Shown here: piece by piece, positions 1 to 12,699 of the stretch
How positions within the stretch are numbered: the stretch's first letter is position 1
Layout of the letters: each line of letters starts with the position of its first letter
NCBI RefSeq assembly: GCF_001194135.2
Contig: NC_068989.1
Coordinates: 3,402,915-3,466,914, forward strand
Source of the DNA: Octopus bimaculoides
Lineage: Eukaryota
Direction of reading: 5' to 3'
DNA length: 64,000 nucleotides
Program-made: the position numbers and the translations under genes
Notes under the pieces: generated by a model
The model's database searches: none
The model's input: only the letters and a program-made list of their open reading frames with translations
Told to the model about the DNA's origin: nothing

Positions 1-848
1 GGCAGGTCAACTTTGGAGACTTTGACTCTCAAGATTGTTTTACTTTCTCACCTGCAACTGAGCTTAATTGCCATTTGCCAATTATGAGGTGGGGATAATT
101 TTAATATATGTTGTAAGGTATATGATATACCTGTATGTGTTCATATAGATATCACATCTCTTTTCACTTCTGTTTGCATGGAAAATAAACTTCATTGCAA
201 TAGACTAGTACCCTATCCATTAGTAAATTTGTCTCTCAGCTGATCAAAATTATTCAAACCAGAGCCAATCCCTTATTCAGTGGAGTGCAATGGTCCATGA
301 AACAACACACACACACACACCCTTTACATTAGTTAATTCTAGTAGATTCTATGAAACCCAGGTTGAGTGGACGCTGAGAATTCCATTATGATGATTACAA
401 TTGCATATCTGTAGTTTAGGATACAGACCAATGGAATCAATAGTCTTGATTTACAAACCATTATGCTATCTGACGTAACATTTCCTAATCATGCAAAAGG
501 AAGTCAGCTGAAATTTGGCTCAATAAAAAGGACCACTAACAAGCTTTAAAAAAAAACAAAAAAACACAGAAAAGAAAAATAAGGAAAAAAATGGAGGAAA
601 AGTAATAGATAAAAGAATAGTAAAAAAAAAAAAAAAAATCCTGAATTTTATCCAGAACTTTCAAGACGATGGAAATTTGCCATCGTAGCTGATAGCAGAT
701 AAAATGTTGAACAGAAGTTACTTTAGATGTAGACAAATGAAATGAAAGGGTATGTGTGTGTGTTGGGGAGCAGTGGTGGGGGTCATAAGACTAAATAAAA
801 GTGGAGGCAACTACAATAGGATAAATGAATAGATAATAATAATAATAA

Positions 849-1059
849 TGGTTTCGAATTTTGGCACAAGGCCAGCAATTTCAGGAGGTAGGTGGGGGTG
901 AGCTGATTATATTGACCCCAGTGCTCAACTGGTACTTGTCTTCTTGACCCCGAAAGGATGAAAGGCAAAGTTAACCTCAGTGACATTTGAACTCAGATGG
1001 GTGAAATTCCGCTAAGCATTTTGCCCGGTGCAGTAACAATTCTGCCAGCCTGTAGCCTT
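849..1059 (-). mobile_element. tRNA-derived SINE family S3 (Nin/Deu-type core); further copies ~1103-1330(-), 21060-21170(+), 21900-22040(-), 24935-25540 (three, -), 37988-38210(-), 45812-45945(+), 53883-54095(+)
   Basis: Recurrent ...gagttcaaat...gttaactttgcctttcatcctttcggggtc...aagtaccagttgagcactggggtc...ggccttgtgccaaaa + (att)n tail. The ttgcctttcatccttt...agtaccag core resembles the Deu/Nin domain (recalled, not aligned). Confidence 0.8.
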
Positions 1060-1367
1060 ATTATTATCATCATTATTATTATCATTATTATTAATAATAA
1101 TAATGTTTCAAATTAAGGCACAAGGCCAGCAATTTCAGGTGGAATGGGGAATTGGCTGACTATATCGCCCCCCACCCCCCACCAGTAATTGACTATTTCT
1201 TTATTTTATGAGCTCCAAAAGGACAAAAGGTGAAGCAAACGCCAGCAGGAATTGAACTCAGAACAGGAAGAAATTCTCACAAAGCATTTATTTTTAGATT
1301 CTCTAAAAGTTCTGTCAGTTTGTCACCCAATAAAGAAATAAAATAGTAATCAAAGAGGTCCACAGTA

Positions 1368-1575
1368 CTGCCTGACCGGCCCTTGCGCCAGTGGCACATA
1401 AAAAGCACCTGCCACACTCGGAGTGGTTGGCATTAGGAAGGGCATCCAGCTGTAGAAACATTGCCAGATCGGATTGGAGCCTGGCACAGCTCTCCAGCCT
1501 TGCCAGTCCTCAGTCAAACCATCCAACTCATGCCAGCATGGAAAGCGGATGTTAAATGACGACGACAATGATGAT
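1368..1575 (+). mobile_element. SINE family S1 with RTE-type 3' tail and (gat)n; other copies ~4230-4630(-), 6740-7110(-, two), 9128-9400(-), 9585-9760(-), 11088-11385(-), 14445-14635(+), 17326-17476(-), 31806-32152(+), 33285-33500(-), 35575-35768(+), 36408-36670(+), 39425-39815(-), 44988-45110(+), 54700-54870(-)
   Basis: Repeated ggttggcattaggaagggcatccagctgtagaaac...aacccatgccagcatggaaa...gttaaatgatgatgat seen more than 12 times in the window. Confidence 0.85.
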
Positions 1576-2102
1576 GGTTGAGAACCACTGACCTAAATTG
1601 GAAAAACAAAAGAACGTTACCAAATACTGCAAGAGCATTCCATCCCAAATTCTATTGATGCTACCAGTAACCATTTCTAAAATAGGTACAAAGCTAAATA
1701 TTTAAGGGAGGAAGGAACAGTCAAACAGACCAATCAGTACTTAACTGTGACACATCCTGAGTCAGATGGAAAATAAAGTCACTTCAGTGGAATTTGAACT
1801 CAGGATATAAAAATATATGACCAAATTGAGTAATGTAGCTTTCCGATGTACCACAGATTCTGTCAATTCACTGATGTTCAAGAATGAAGAATGTTATGTA
1901 GGAATAGAAGCGATATAGTCATTAGTATCAACACTAATGAATTACTAGTACTTAAGAGTTGGGAGTGGTCAGAGTAAGGTGGATGTTGTACTACAAGCGT
2001 AGGCAAGTGTGTGTGGGTGTGTGGAAAAGAGAGAGAGAGAGAGAGAACAAGGCACAAAATACTAGATTGTACAGATGTATGTATGTATGTATGTACAGGA
2101 AG

Positions 2103-2139
<37 letters not shown>

Positions 2140-2654
2140 AAACAGGACCATAAGAAAGAGAGAAGGGGGGGACGTGTGTGAGTGAACATGAGTGTTTTTA
2201 TATGCAGAAAAGAATGGAAACAAAGGAGACCAAACTACTTGTGTTGTTTATACCGGTGCCCCTCTCCCATGCACCTCCCACCCCCCACCTCACGCACAGA
2301 CAAATTGGCCACTCTTCTTTGATTTCTCTGTAAAATATTCTTAATTTATTGGTTGTTTATTGTCTTTGAACAACAGCACAAAGCATTGTGTTTCTATGTC
2401 CAATAAATTAACCAGAATTGGTTAATCAATAAATCAATCAAACGAGCAAGTAATCAATCAATTGATACAAGGAGATATACCTCCAGCGTTACCAGCAGTT
2501 ATCTTTAACCACCCCAAAACTGAGATTTGGTGACAGTTTACTTTAGTACGATTTGAACCTGGAATGAATATGGCAATATTATCTAACACTTTGTGGTTCT
2601 GCTAATGTGCAGTAATACTGATAATAATTGCACTTTTTACTACGCTATAATGAA

Positions 2655-2845
2655 GGGACAGAGCCCAGTTGCCAGGGTGGTGCACTCGCAATCATAATTC
2701 CCAGAACAGATAGTGTGTTGCGCCCTTGAGCAAAACACTCATTGCTCCTAACCACTCAGCTGTAAATGAGTACCCTGCAATGGACTAGCAGCCCATCCAG
2801 GGGGAATGTGATTTCGGTCCTTTATAAGCCATAGAAACTGAATAA
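2655..2845 (+). mobile_element. Old CORE/Meta-like SINE remnant
   Basis: gtgttgcgcccttgagcaaaacact...cagctgtaaatgagtacc...gcaatggactagcagcccatccaggggg is typical of invertebrate core-domain SINE bodies; single copy here. Confidence 0.45.
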
Positions 2846-3065
2846 CTGATATTTGACAATTTATATTTTATTCCGTTTTCGTTTTGCCTGTGAAGAGGAG
2901 TTTACCAAAAATGATATGTATGTATAATGAACACAGATGCACATATAATTACCTCTACACATATCTTTTTAGATCTAATTAAGATTTCCTTTATAATACA
3001 TGTAAACATAGACATGAATATTTGTGTTTGTGCATATGTGTATATGTGTGTAGATACGTTTCAGA

Positions 3066-3120
<55 letters not shown>

Positions 3121-3347
3121 CAAGCACATTTATGGAGTTACACTTTTTATATATTTATATTTATGAATTTTTATGTGTTTATAAATTTTCGTGTATATGT
3201 ATGTATTTATAGATTCTTAGAAATGTTTATACATCATATAGATGAATGCATCTATGTATGTGCCTTGTATACTATGGAGAATTTTGTTAATACGGATTGA
3301 ATGAATATATACATCGGCCTTTGAATTTGTTTTCTCCACTCATTAAT

Positions 3348-3378
<31 letters not shown>

Positions 3379-3969
3379 GTATACATACAGTGTATATAAA
3401 TATGTTTTTAGGTCTTCTTAATGAGCTTTCAGTTTCCTTCATAATAATAAATATATGTGCCTCTGTATTTATAGGAGTTCATATACATATATATACACAT
3501 ACATACATATAACACATACACACACACACACATGTTGTGACTGTCAGCTTACTGTTCAGTACGACTGCTTTTTTTCGTGTTTCCTTCCTCTTTCCTTGTT
3601 GTATTGCTTCCCTGCCATGGGTCCTTACAATGATGAAGACATACACCAAGTATGGTGAGACCAAGTTTCCATCTCTTCAACACTGTTGGCACTTCATAGG
3701 GGGAAGCAGTCATGCAAGGGGACCAGAGGGTCGCAAATGCCCCCCCCTGCCTCTACTACCCCTTCCACGTACCCTCATGTAGCAAGGATGTTATGGAAGC
3801 AGTGATATTTCATTATCATAGATGTATATCATACCCTGACTGCAGAAACAAAAAGTCCATTGTCTGCCAGTAATTCTAGAAAGTGCTGACTTGGGGGGGG
3901 GGGGGCTCAAAAAGTACCAACACATCAGATTTTAAAGTGGCAAATCTTTGCGCTACATGTGTTATTCTC

Positions 3970-4200
3970 ATCATCATCATCATCATTTTAATGCCCACTT
4001 TTCCATGCTTGCATGGGTCAGATGGAGTTTATTGAGGCAGATTTTCTAATGGCCAGACGTCCTTCCTGTTGCCAATCCTCACCTGTTTCCAAGCAGAGTA
4101 ATATTTTTCCTTGGTCAGAGATGTTCTCACGGAAGATTGGAAATGAATGACACAGTTTGTAAGACTGTGACATTCATTTACAACTATGGCACAATATCAC
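3970..4200 (-). mobile_element. RTE-tailed repeat variant (second copy ~61265-61500)
   Basis: Both copies share cttttcatgcttg/acatgggtcaga...ttgaggcag/taattttcta...aatcctcacctgtttcca; (cat)n at the 3' end. Confidence 0.65.
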
Positions 4201-5134
4201 GGCTCACAGACAGACACACACACACACACCATCATTGTTTAATGTCCGTTTTCCATGCTAACATGGGTTAGACAGTTTGACTGAGGTCTGAAGAACCAAC
4301 AGCTGTCCCAGGCTCCAATCTGATCTGGCAATGTTTCTACAACTGGATGCCCTTCCTAATGCCAACCACTCTGAGAGTGTAGTGGGTGTTTTTTACGTTC
4401 CACTGGCACATGAGCCAGTCAGGTGGGCCTGGCATCAATCAATTTGGATGGTGCCTTTACGTGCCACCAGCATGGGGTCCAGTTAGTGGGTACTGGCATT
4501 GACCATATTTGGATGGTGCTTTTTATGTGCCACTGGCACAGGAGCCAGTGTGGGGACACTGGCATCGACCACATTCAGATGATGCATTTTACATGCCACT
4601 TGAACGGGAGCCAGTCAGGGGACACTGGCCAAAGCTGGGATTTTGGTTATTTATATATATTTATACAATGGGCTTCTTTTAGCTCCAGCTTACAAATCCA
4701 CTTTGAATTTTTAAACACCTACAAGTATAAGAAATATAAAACAAGCTGGCCAGAGACTATAAACATCATGGGTTTCAACAAAGACCATCTATTTCCTTTG
4801 TGCATTTATTTACATGATGCAATGTACATAACTGCACATATATGTACATGAGTATGCTCGCATAACTGCAAGACCATTGGCTCTTTTGACTCCATCTGCC
4901 TTTCACAAAATGGTTTTCATCCTGTGCTGTCTCCAAAAGTTTTTTAACATGTATTTTAACCCTTTTAGCCTGTAACACCAGTTTACCAGTGGATGGCTTA
5001 TTTTTCTCTATACTGTAGCACCGGTAGAGTGCCAGGTATATGGTAAAATAAGGTTCAGGAGGTCAGGGGTCAAAGGGTCAAGTAAAAGGTTGACTGGCCT
5101 GAAGTTTTTTCCTCATATGAGGCTTGTTGAATGC

Positions 5135-5571
5135 TGGTTTATTCTTTGACTTGTTTCAGTCATTTGACTGTGGCTATGCTGGAACACCACCTTTAGTTGA
5201 ACAAATCAACCACAGGACTAATTCTTTGTAAGCCTAGTGTTTATTTTATTGATCTCTTTTGCTGAACTGCTAAGTTGCAGGGATGTAAACACACCAGCAT
5301 CGGTTGTCAAATGATGTTGAGGGAACAAACACAGACACACACACACACACATATATATATATANNNNNNNNNNNNNNNNNNNNNNNNNNNNNNNNNNNNN
5401 NNNNNNNNNNNNNNNNNNNNNNNNNNNNNNNNNNNNNNNNNNNNNNNNNNNNNNNNNNNNNNNNNNNNNNNNNNNNNNNNNNNNNNNNNNNNNNNNNNNN
5501 NNNNNNNNNNNNNNNNNNNNNNNNNNNNNNNNNNNNNNNNNNNNNNNNNNNNNNNNNNNNNNNNNNNNNNN

Positions 5572-5603
<32 letters not shown>

Positions 5604-5700
5604 ACGAACTTCTTTCAGTTTCCATCTACGAAATCCACTAATTGCCCAAGGTTCCATGCAGTGGGACTGAACCCAGAACCATGTGGTTGGAAAGCAAGCT
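5135..5700 (-). mobile_element. tRNA-derived SINE family S2 with central microsatellite; other copies ~8001-8160(+), 8172-8325(-), 12265-12622(+), 19620-20022(-), 23455-24050(+), 26243-26405(-), 27385-27755(+), 28410-28800(+), 31540-31685(-), 41027-41415(-), 41710-41860(-), 44806-45345(+), 61500-61650(-), 63311-63425(-)
   Basis: Head gctgtgtggtaag...ccacatggttccgggttcagtcccactgc (A/B-box-like), then (TA/CA)n, then ...gaataagtactaggcttacaaagaataagtcc...ccagcatggccacagtcaaatgactgaaacaagtaaaag. Confidence 0.88.
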
Positions 5701-8436
5701 ACCACATGGTTCCGGGTTCAGTGGTGAGACCTCAGTGAAACTTGAACCCATGATTCTACGATGATGCTGGAAATATATTCTACAAATTTTTTCCTTTTCC
5801 TTTAGAATTAGTCCTCAGAGGTCTCACATTCCAGAAATACTTTTGGTTGTAATATATCTTTAAAGAATGTCACTGTTGCTATTATCATATTTATTGTAGC
5901 TGTTCTGTTTGTTGTTGTTGTTGTAGTTTACTGCAGGTTTATTGTTGTAGTTTACTGCTGTTATGATTGTTCTTGCTAACCACTCCTATTTGCGATAACG
6001 GTGGCTGTCATTGTTCTGACGGCTTTCGATGGTTATTCGGAGTTTCTTGTGATGGTTTACTGGTATAAAACTGGTGGGTAGTTACAGTTGTAGTATTTAG
6101 AATTGTTGTTGTTGTGGTGGTGGTAGTTCACACAAAAACGTGCATTTATTTAATAAATAATAGGAAGTATTTCAAGAACTCCAATGAAACATTTCCCTTA
6201 AGTATGTGAAACTCCCAAAGTGGTTTTTGACTACAGTGAGATCGGATCAAATGCCAAGGAAATTTTAAAGTTATCAGCTGACAAACCAAGGAGGGAGCCT
6301 TTAGGTGATTGTTTGATCTGCTAAAAATAGCTGCTTTCAAATCACCACCCAGGGAAATAGAAGACAATAAATAATGTAGTCCAATAAACTTCTAAAAAAG
6401 AAGTCTGGATGGTTATGGTAGGAACGTATTTAATCAGAGGGGGTCCTGCATCAGAGCTGATCTGGCACTAAATAAACTAGTGTTACTTGAAGCCAACATA
6501 GGAATCACTGCATGGTCCCTTGTTCCGAGAAGAAAAATAAGGCAATGCGTCTTCATTTATGGTAGTACGGTCATCATCACTGTCGTTATCGTCGTCATCA
6601 TCATCGTTGTCGTCATCGTCAACACCATCATCCTTGTCAACACCGTCATCATCATCATTGTCAACACCATCATCGTCGTTATTAGTCATTGTCATCATCA
6701 TCATCAACATCATCATCAGCACCGTCATTGTCAACACCATCATCATCATCATCATCATATGTCCATTTTCCAGGCTGGCATGGGATGGACCATTTAGAGG
6801 TGCTGGCAAGACCAGGGGCTGCACCAGATTCCATTGTCTGCTTTGGCTTGGTTTCTACAGCTGGATCATCATCATCGTTTAATGCCAGCTTTCCATGCTG
6901 GCATGGGTTGGACGGTTTGATTGAGGACTGGCAAGCCAGAAGGCTGTACCAGGCTCCAATCTGATCGGGCAAGGTTTCTACAGCTGGATGCCCTTCCTAA
7001 CACCAGCCACTCTGAGAGTGTAGTGAGTGCTTTTTACATGCCACCAGCACGGGAGCCAGTCAGGTGGCACTGGCATCGACCATGCTTGAATGGTGCTTTT
7101 TACGTGCCACTGGCCCTTCCTAATGCCCAGGTGGGATGGAGGGCAACATCAAGAGCTACCCCAAGAGGTACACAATCTAGCCACACTGCTGTTTCTTATC
7201 ATAGGTTTTGGTCTATCAGGGTTGACCCTGGAATGAAACAATGACAACAACTAAACAGCCACCCAAATGTAGAAAGAAACTATTTGTGTCAGATTGGAAT
7301 TGATGTGCTACATAATTAGTTAGTTAATTAATTAATAACAAGAAATAAATACCTGTTAACATGTTAAAATGTCAGTGTGAATAAGTAGTAACATAGAAAG
7401 AAAGAAAATAAGTAAAAAAAAAAAAACATCCTTTCACCCCACCACCCCTTGCTATAAGTAGTTTCTTTTAATTAGCAGTTAAGTTAATTAGAAGCTCTTT
7501 TAATTAACAATATTTAAGGTCAATTACTGGTGTTGGTTCATCTTAATTAACAGTGGGGTAAACAAGATTTTGTGTGAATGAATGCATATTTAAGCAAGTG
7601 TGTGTGTGTGTGTGTGTGTTTGAGAGAGAGGGAGAGGGAGAGAGAGAGAGAGAGAGTGGATGTATTTATGTGTATGTGTAAAATGTGAATATGTATGTGA
7701 GTGTGTGCCTGTGAGATGTGTGTACACGTAAAAGCACGTGCATAGATAAGAGTATGTTTATACATGCACATGTATGTACATGGAGTGATGTATATATTTG
7801 CGTATGCAGATTGATGTCTCTACATACTGGTGGATGTGTGCACTCGTGTGGATACGTTGAGCTGTATACAGTCGTTTAGCCCCGAGTCAGGTGTTACCAA
7901 ACAAATCTACGATCAAAGGAATTTCACTTTAGTCTCGATTGTCTTTGCACATTTGGTGCTTCTCAGACTACATTATCCAGAATATTCTTCACTTTCCTTT
8001 CTAGGCATGACTGTATGGTTAAAAAGCTCAGTTTAAAACTACATGATTTTGGGTTCAATCTCCTTGAGTGGCACCTTGGGCAAAGGTGTTCAAATAGCCC
8101 AAGGTCACCTAATGCCTTGTGAGTGCATTTGGTAGACGAAAAATATGTGAAAGCTTGTCATATAATAGGCATCTTTTAGGTTCCATCTACCACATTTACT
8201 CACAAAGCTTTGGCCAGCTCAGGGCTATAGCAGAAGACATATGCCTAAAGAGCCACATAATAGGACTGAACCTGGAGCTATGTGGTTGGGAAGCAAGTTC
8301 CTTAACCACACAACCATGTTTGCACTCTTACATAAGATAAATTTAAATATATTAGAAAGCCTTAGCTGTGATAATGAATAATATGAATGTAAATACATTC
8401 CTCGTTTTATGCAACTGATGTGTGGAAAAGAGGTGT

Positions 8437-8470
<34 letters not shown>

Positions 8471-9844
8471 AAGAGAATGAGTGAGTGAGTGAAAGAGAGA
8501 CTCTCAAGGGACTATTTCGCAGATGGCTGACCACATCTCAGAAGATTGGCACCAATCAATAAATAGCACAGAATCTTCAGCTGCTATACAAAGTCATCAG
8601 GAACTAAGCTGTTGCCGAAGTGGGTAATTCAATTTGCATATTACCAGAGTAGACATAGTAAAATGGAGTTACCTTTTTTAACACTTATCTTTCCAGAGTT
8701 ACTTAAAACACGTTTAAAGCAACAATAAACAATAACACCCACACACATAGCAAGAACATAATAAAAGACTTTAAATAGATGAATATGTGTGACGAAAAAA
8801 GAAAACAAAAACAAAACAAAACTATTTTATTATCACAAGATATAATGATACAAAAATGGGATTTCACTCATAGTAAGAGGAATGTACACATTTTAACAAG
8901 TGGAAATATTAATATTTTGTTCTCTAACACAGCTAACATAACTCAAAAATAAGAACTAACTGAGAGAAGATTGCTATAGTAGACTTGTGTGTCAAAGGAA
9001 GATGGTAATCTTCCTAAACAAGCATTTGAAGATTGGGAAAGCAGTAAAATCATTAATATATCCGTCTTGCAAGGGACATAAGGAATTTCCTTACACTGAC
9101 AAAGCAACAGTTACAGATAGCACAAGACCATCATCGTTTAACGTCCATTGTCAATACTGGCGTGGGTTGGACGGTTTGACCGAGGCTGGTAAGCTGGAAG
9201 GCTGCACCAGACTCCAGTCTGATTTGGCATGGTTTTCTATGTCATGGTTTTCTACGGTCCTACCGAACACCAACCACTCCAAAAGCGTAACGAGTGCTTT
9301 TACATGCCACCGGCACAGGTGCCATTTGCATGACACCAGTATCTGCCACAACTGCGATTTTGCTCGGCTTGATGTGTCTTCTTCTCAGTCATTGCGTCGG
9401 TGGGGCCAAATGCCCAAAATAACTCAGCCACTTTGCCTCCCTGAAGCCCAACAATTGAAAGGAACTCAGCCAAGATGATGTCTAAAACAATATTATATTA
9501 CCATAATTAGCTGAGCCAAAAGACATGGCAAACAAAATACCACTAAGCATTTCGCCAGGTATGCTAACGTTTCTGCCAGCTCATTTAATGCCCCTCTTCC
9601 TTGCTGGTATGAGTCAGAAGGTTTGGTAGGAGTCAGGGAGTCATGAGGCTGCATTGAACTCCAGTGTCAGCTATTGACACAGTTCCTACAACTGGATGCC
9701 CTTCCTAATGCCAACCACTCTTATTGTGCATGCTGGGTGCTTTTTTCGTGTGGCATGAGAGAAGTCACCAAGTAATTTGCAAAGCAGTAAAGGAAAAAGA
9801 AAAAACAAGAGAAAGGAAAAAAACCCAATTATTATTATTATTAT

Positions 9845-10330
9845 ACAGTTCTATATTTAAGAGATGAGGAATTATTTACATTTGACGGATATTTGTCCTC
9901 ATCTTGTTTGTTGTTAACATAACATTTTGGCTGATATACCCTCCAGCCTTCATCAGGTGTCTTGGGGAAATTAAAAACCTGGGTTCTCATTCCTAAGGTA
10001 TTTTTCGATGTTGTTATTATTATTATTATTATTATTAAGATCACTGCCTGGAATTGAACTTGGGATCTTGGGGTTAGTAGCCCACGCTCTTAACCACTAT
10101 GCCATATGCCCAAGATTCCGAGTTCGATTCCAGGCAGTGACCTGAACAACAATAACAACAACACCAACACCACCAACAACAACAACATAGAAAAATACCT
10201 TAGGGATGAGAACCCATGTTCGAAATTTCCCCAAGACACCTGATGAAGGCTGGAGGGTATATCAGCCGAAACGTTGTGTTAACAACAAACAAGATGAGGA
10301 CAAATATTCGTTAAAAATAAAAATAATGTA
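9845..10330. mobile_element. Family A tRNA-head/hammerhead element, two head-to-head arms (minus arm 9845-10110, 5'-truncated plus arm 10111-10330)
   Basis: The arms are reverse-complementary copies. Head ggcatatggcatagtggttaagagcgtggg...gagttcgattccaggcagtgac, then (aat/aac)n spacer, then ...ccaagacacctgatgaaggctggagggtatatcagccgaaacgttgtgtt... Confidence 0.85.
10235..10280 (+). ncRNA. Minimal type I hammerhead ribozyme motif, intact core (HHR-A)
   Basis: Stem I GACAC(10235-39)/GUGUU(10276-80); CUGAUGA 10240-46; one extra A; stem II GGCUG/CAGCC with 10-nt loop; GAAA 10268-71; loopless palindromic helix III ACGU; predicted cleavage after GUU (10275). Confidence 0.72.
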
Positions 10331-10837
10331 ATTATTATTATTATTATTAGTAGTAATAGCATTTGATATGTTTTGTTTAGTTTTAAAACAATTTAGTTGG
10401 GTGATATTGGTCATGAACAGTACCAGTCTAGTAAGACAAAGTAAACATGCCAATGATATGTCCACAGGAATTGTATCATTGCAGTGAAAGCAGTCAGTAG
10501 TAAGACTTCAGTTTGGTATTCTTTCACTAAACACTGACAGACTTAGTGACTCCATTACTGATATTGTTGCTTTTTTTCTTTTTTTTTTTTGGTTGTTTTA
10601 TTTTTATAGTAGAAAGAATGTGACTAAAGAAACTCAAGAAGAATGAAAACAGCTGTACATGTGTATGTGGTTATATATGTATGTAGCTACAGATATAGAT
10701 GTGTGTGTGTGTGTGTGTGTGTGCATATATGTACATATAAATGAGTGCAGGTAAGGCTGTGTGGTTAAGACGTTCAGTTTGGAACTTTGTGTGTAGGGGT
10801 TCAATTTAACAGTATGGATGTTGTTGGCTAGTGTCCT

Positions 10838-10884
<47 letters not shown>

Positions 10885-11889
10885 NNNNNNNNNNNNNNNN
10901 NNNNNNNNNNNNNNNNNNNNNNNNNNNNNNNNNNNNNNNNNNNNNNNNNNNNNNNNNNNNNNNNNNNNNNNNNNNNNNNNNNNNNNNNNNNNNNNNNNNN
11001 NNNNNNNNNNNNNNNNNNNNNNNNNNNNNNAATTCAAACATGAACAAGCAAGAAAAAACACGTAAAAACACAGCAAGGACATGGGTCATTGTCGTTTAAC
11101 GTCTCCTTTCCATGCTGGCATGGGTTGGACGGTTTGATTGAGGACTGGCAAGCCAGAAGGCTGCACCAGGCTCCATTGTGATCTGGCAATGTTTCTACAG
11201 CTGGATGCCCTTCCTAATGCCAACCACTCTGAGAGTGTAGTGGGTGCTTTTTACATGTCACTGGCACAAGGGCCAGTCAGGCGGCCCTGGCATCGATCAT
11301 GTTCGGACAGTGCTTTTTATGTGCCACCAGCACGGGAGCCAGTCAGGGGGCACTGGCATCGGCGATGTTTTGATGGTGCTTTATATATATGTGTGTGTGT
11401 GTGTGTTTATTTTTATGTCACTCCTCTTCAGGTAAAAGTATAATATAAGCGAGAGAGATAGAAAGAGACGTATATAAATTTGTACATAGATATGTATGCA
11501 TGCACATGTGTATGTGTGCACGTGCATATGTAGATTAAGGAAGATTCTAGACTGTTAATGTTTGCTGAGTGTGTGCGCGCGCACGAGCACACATTAAAAA
11601 TTAGTTGGAAAATTTTTTCATATAAGGATGAAACTGCTTGGAAATAGCTACAGTTTATCAAGATTGAAATGCAGTTATATGGTAGATATGAAGGATGTAC
11701 TTACACACATATCTGCACACACAGATACATGTGCTCACACACAAAATATGACTATCAGTCTGACACCCAGTTCATTTAATTTTAAAAATATCTACGTAAC
11801 ATCTAATCTATTTTCAGCATCCAAAATACATAAACGTCATTGTCTGTCTGACACCTTAAAGTAAAAAGAGACAAAAAAATAACATTATT

Positions 11890-12072
11890 AAAATAGGTTG
11901 GTGAGTCACCGAAAATGACCCGTCCCCAGATATGAAGGAATCCAACAGATGCTTGCTCTGCCTTGCAGAAAAATTCAGTATCTTATGAAAAGATTACTCA
12001 CTAACAAATAAAAAGTCTGAGCTTGTGTCTGAGTGTAGACAAGAAAATTGTTTGCTTTTGAAGGAATTCTAA
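11890..12072 (+). mobile_element. Penelope-like element ORF C-terminal remnant
   Basis: Translates SNRCLLCLAEKFSIL*KDYSLTNKKSELVSECRQENCLLLKEF*, matching the C-x2-C-L-x-EK...NKRSE...CRH motif downstream of PLE GIY-YIG domains (recalled). Confidence 0.6.
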
Positions 12073-12699
12073 TTACAGATGGGTTAAATCTGTCAATCAC
12101 CAATGGAAGACTCTTTTACAAAAAGAATTTTGTAAAAGAATATTTTACAAAAATCATCTCTCAAAACCTGTGACAACAACTCTTACATAATCATCATAAG
12201 GTTTATATTCAAGTATTTTCATATTATTTCCGGTATCTCTTTTCATTCTGCATACAGAGATGCATGCGTAGCTTTATGGTTAAGAAACTTGCTTGACAAC
12301 CATGCGGCTCCTGGTTTGACAGCTTTAGCAAGTGTCGTAAGTGTCGTCTACTACAGTCTTGCGTTAACCAATACCTTGGGAAAAGAATTTGGCAGACGGA
12401 AGCTGAGCAAAAGCCCAGTGTGTTTGTGTTTGTCCCTGCACCATCACTTGAAAACCAATGTTGGTGTGTTCACATCCCTGTAAATTAGCAGTTCAGCAAA
12501 AGAGACCGATAGAATAAGTACTAGGTTTACAAAGAATAAGTCCTGGGGGTTATTTGTTCAACTAAAGGCGGTGTTCCAGCATGGCCACAGTCAAATGAGT
12601 GAAACAAGTAAAAGAATAAGAGAGAACCCCTTCAAGGCAGAGCTCTAGCATAGCTGCAGTCCAATGATTGTAGCAACTAAGATACAAGATAAAAGGCAC

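Noticed and set aside
52-130. Candidate minus-strand exon xISYTLQHILKLSPPHNWQMAIKLSCR; similarly 6476-6507, 17861-17890, 19331-19392, 36.1 kb, 40.15 kb and ~63530-63700
   Set aside because: Splice-like sites with open frames exist, but they cannot be chained uniquely; expected at pseudo-exon frequency
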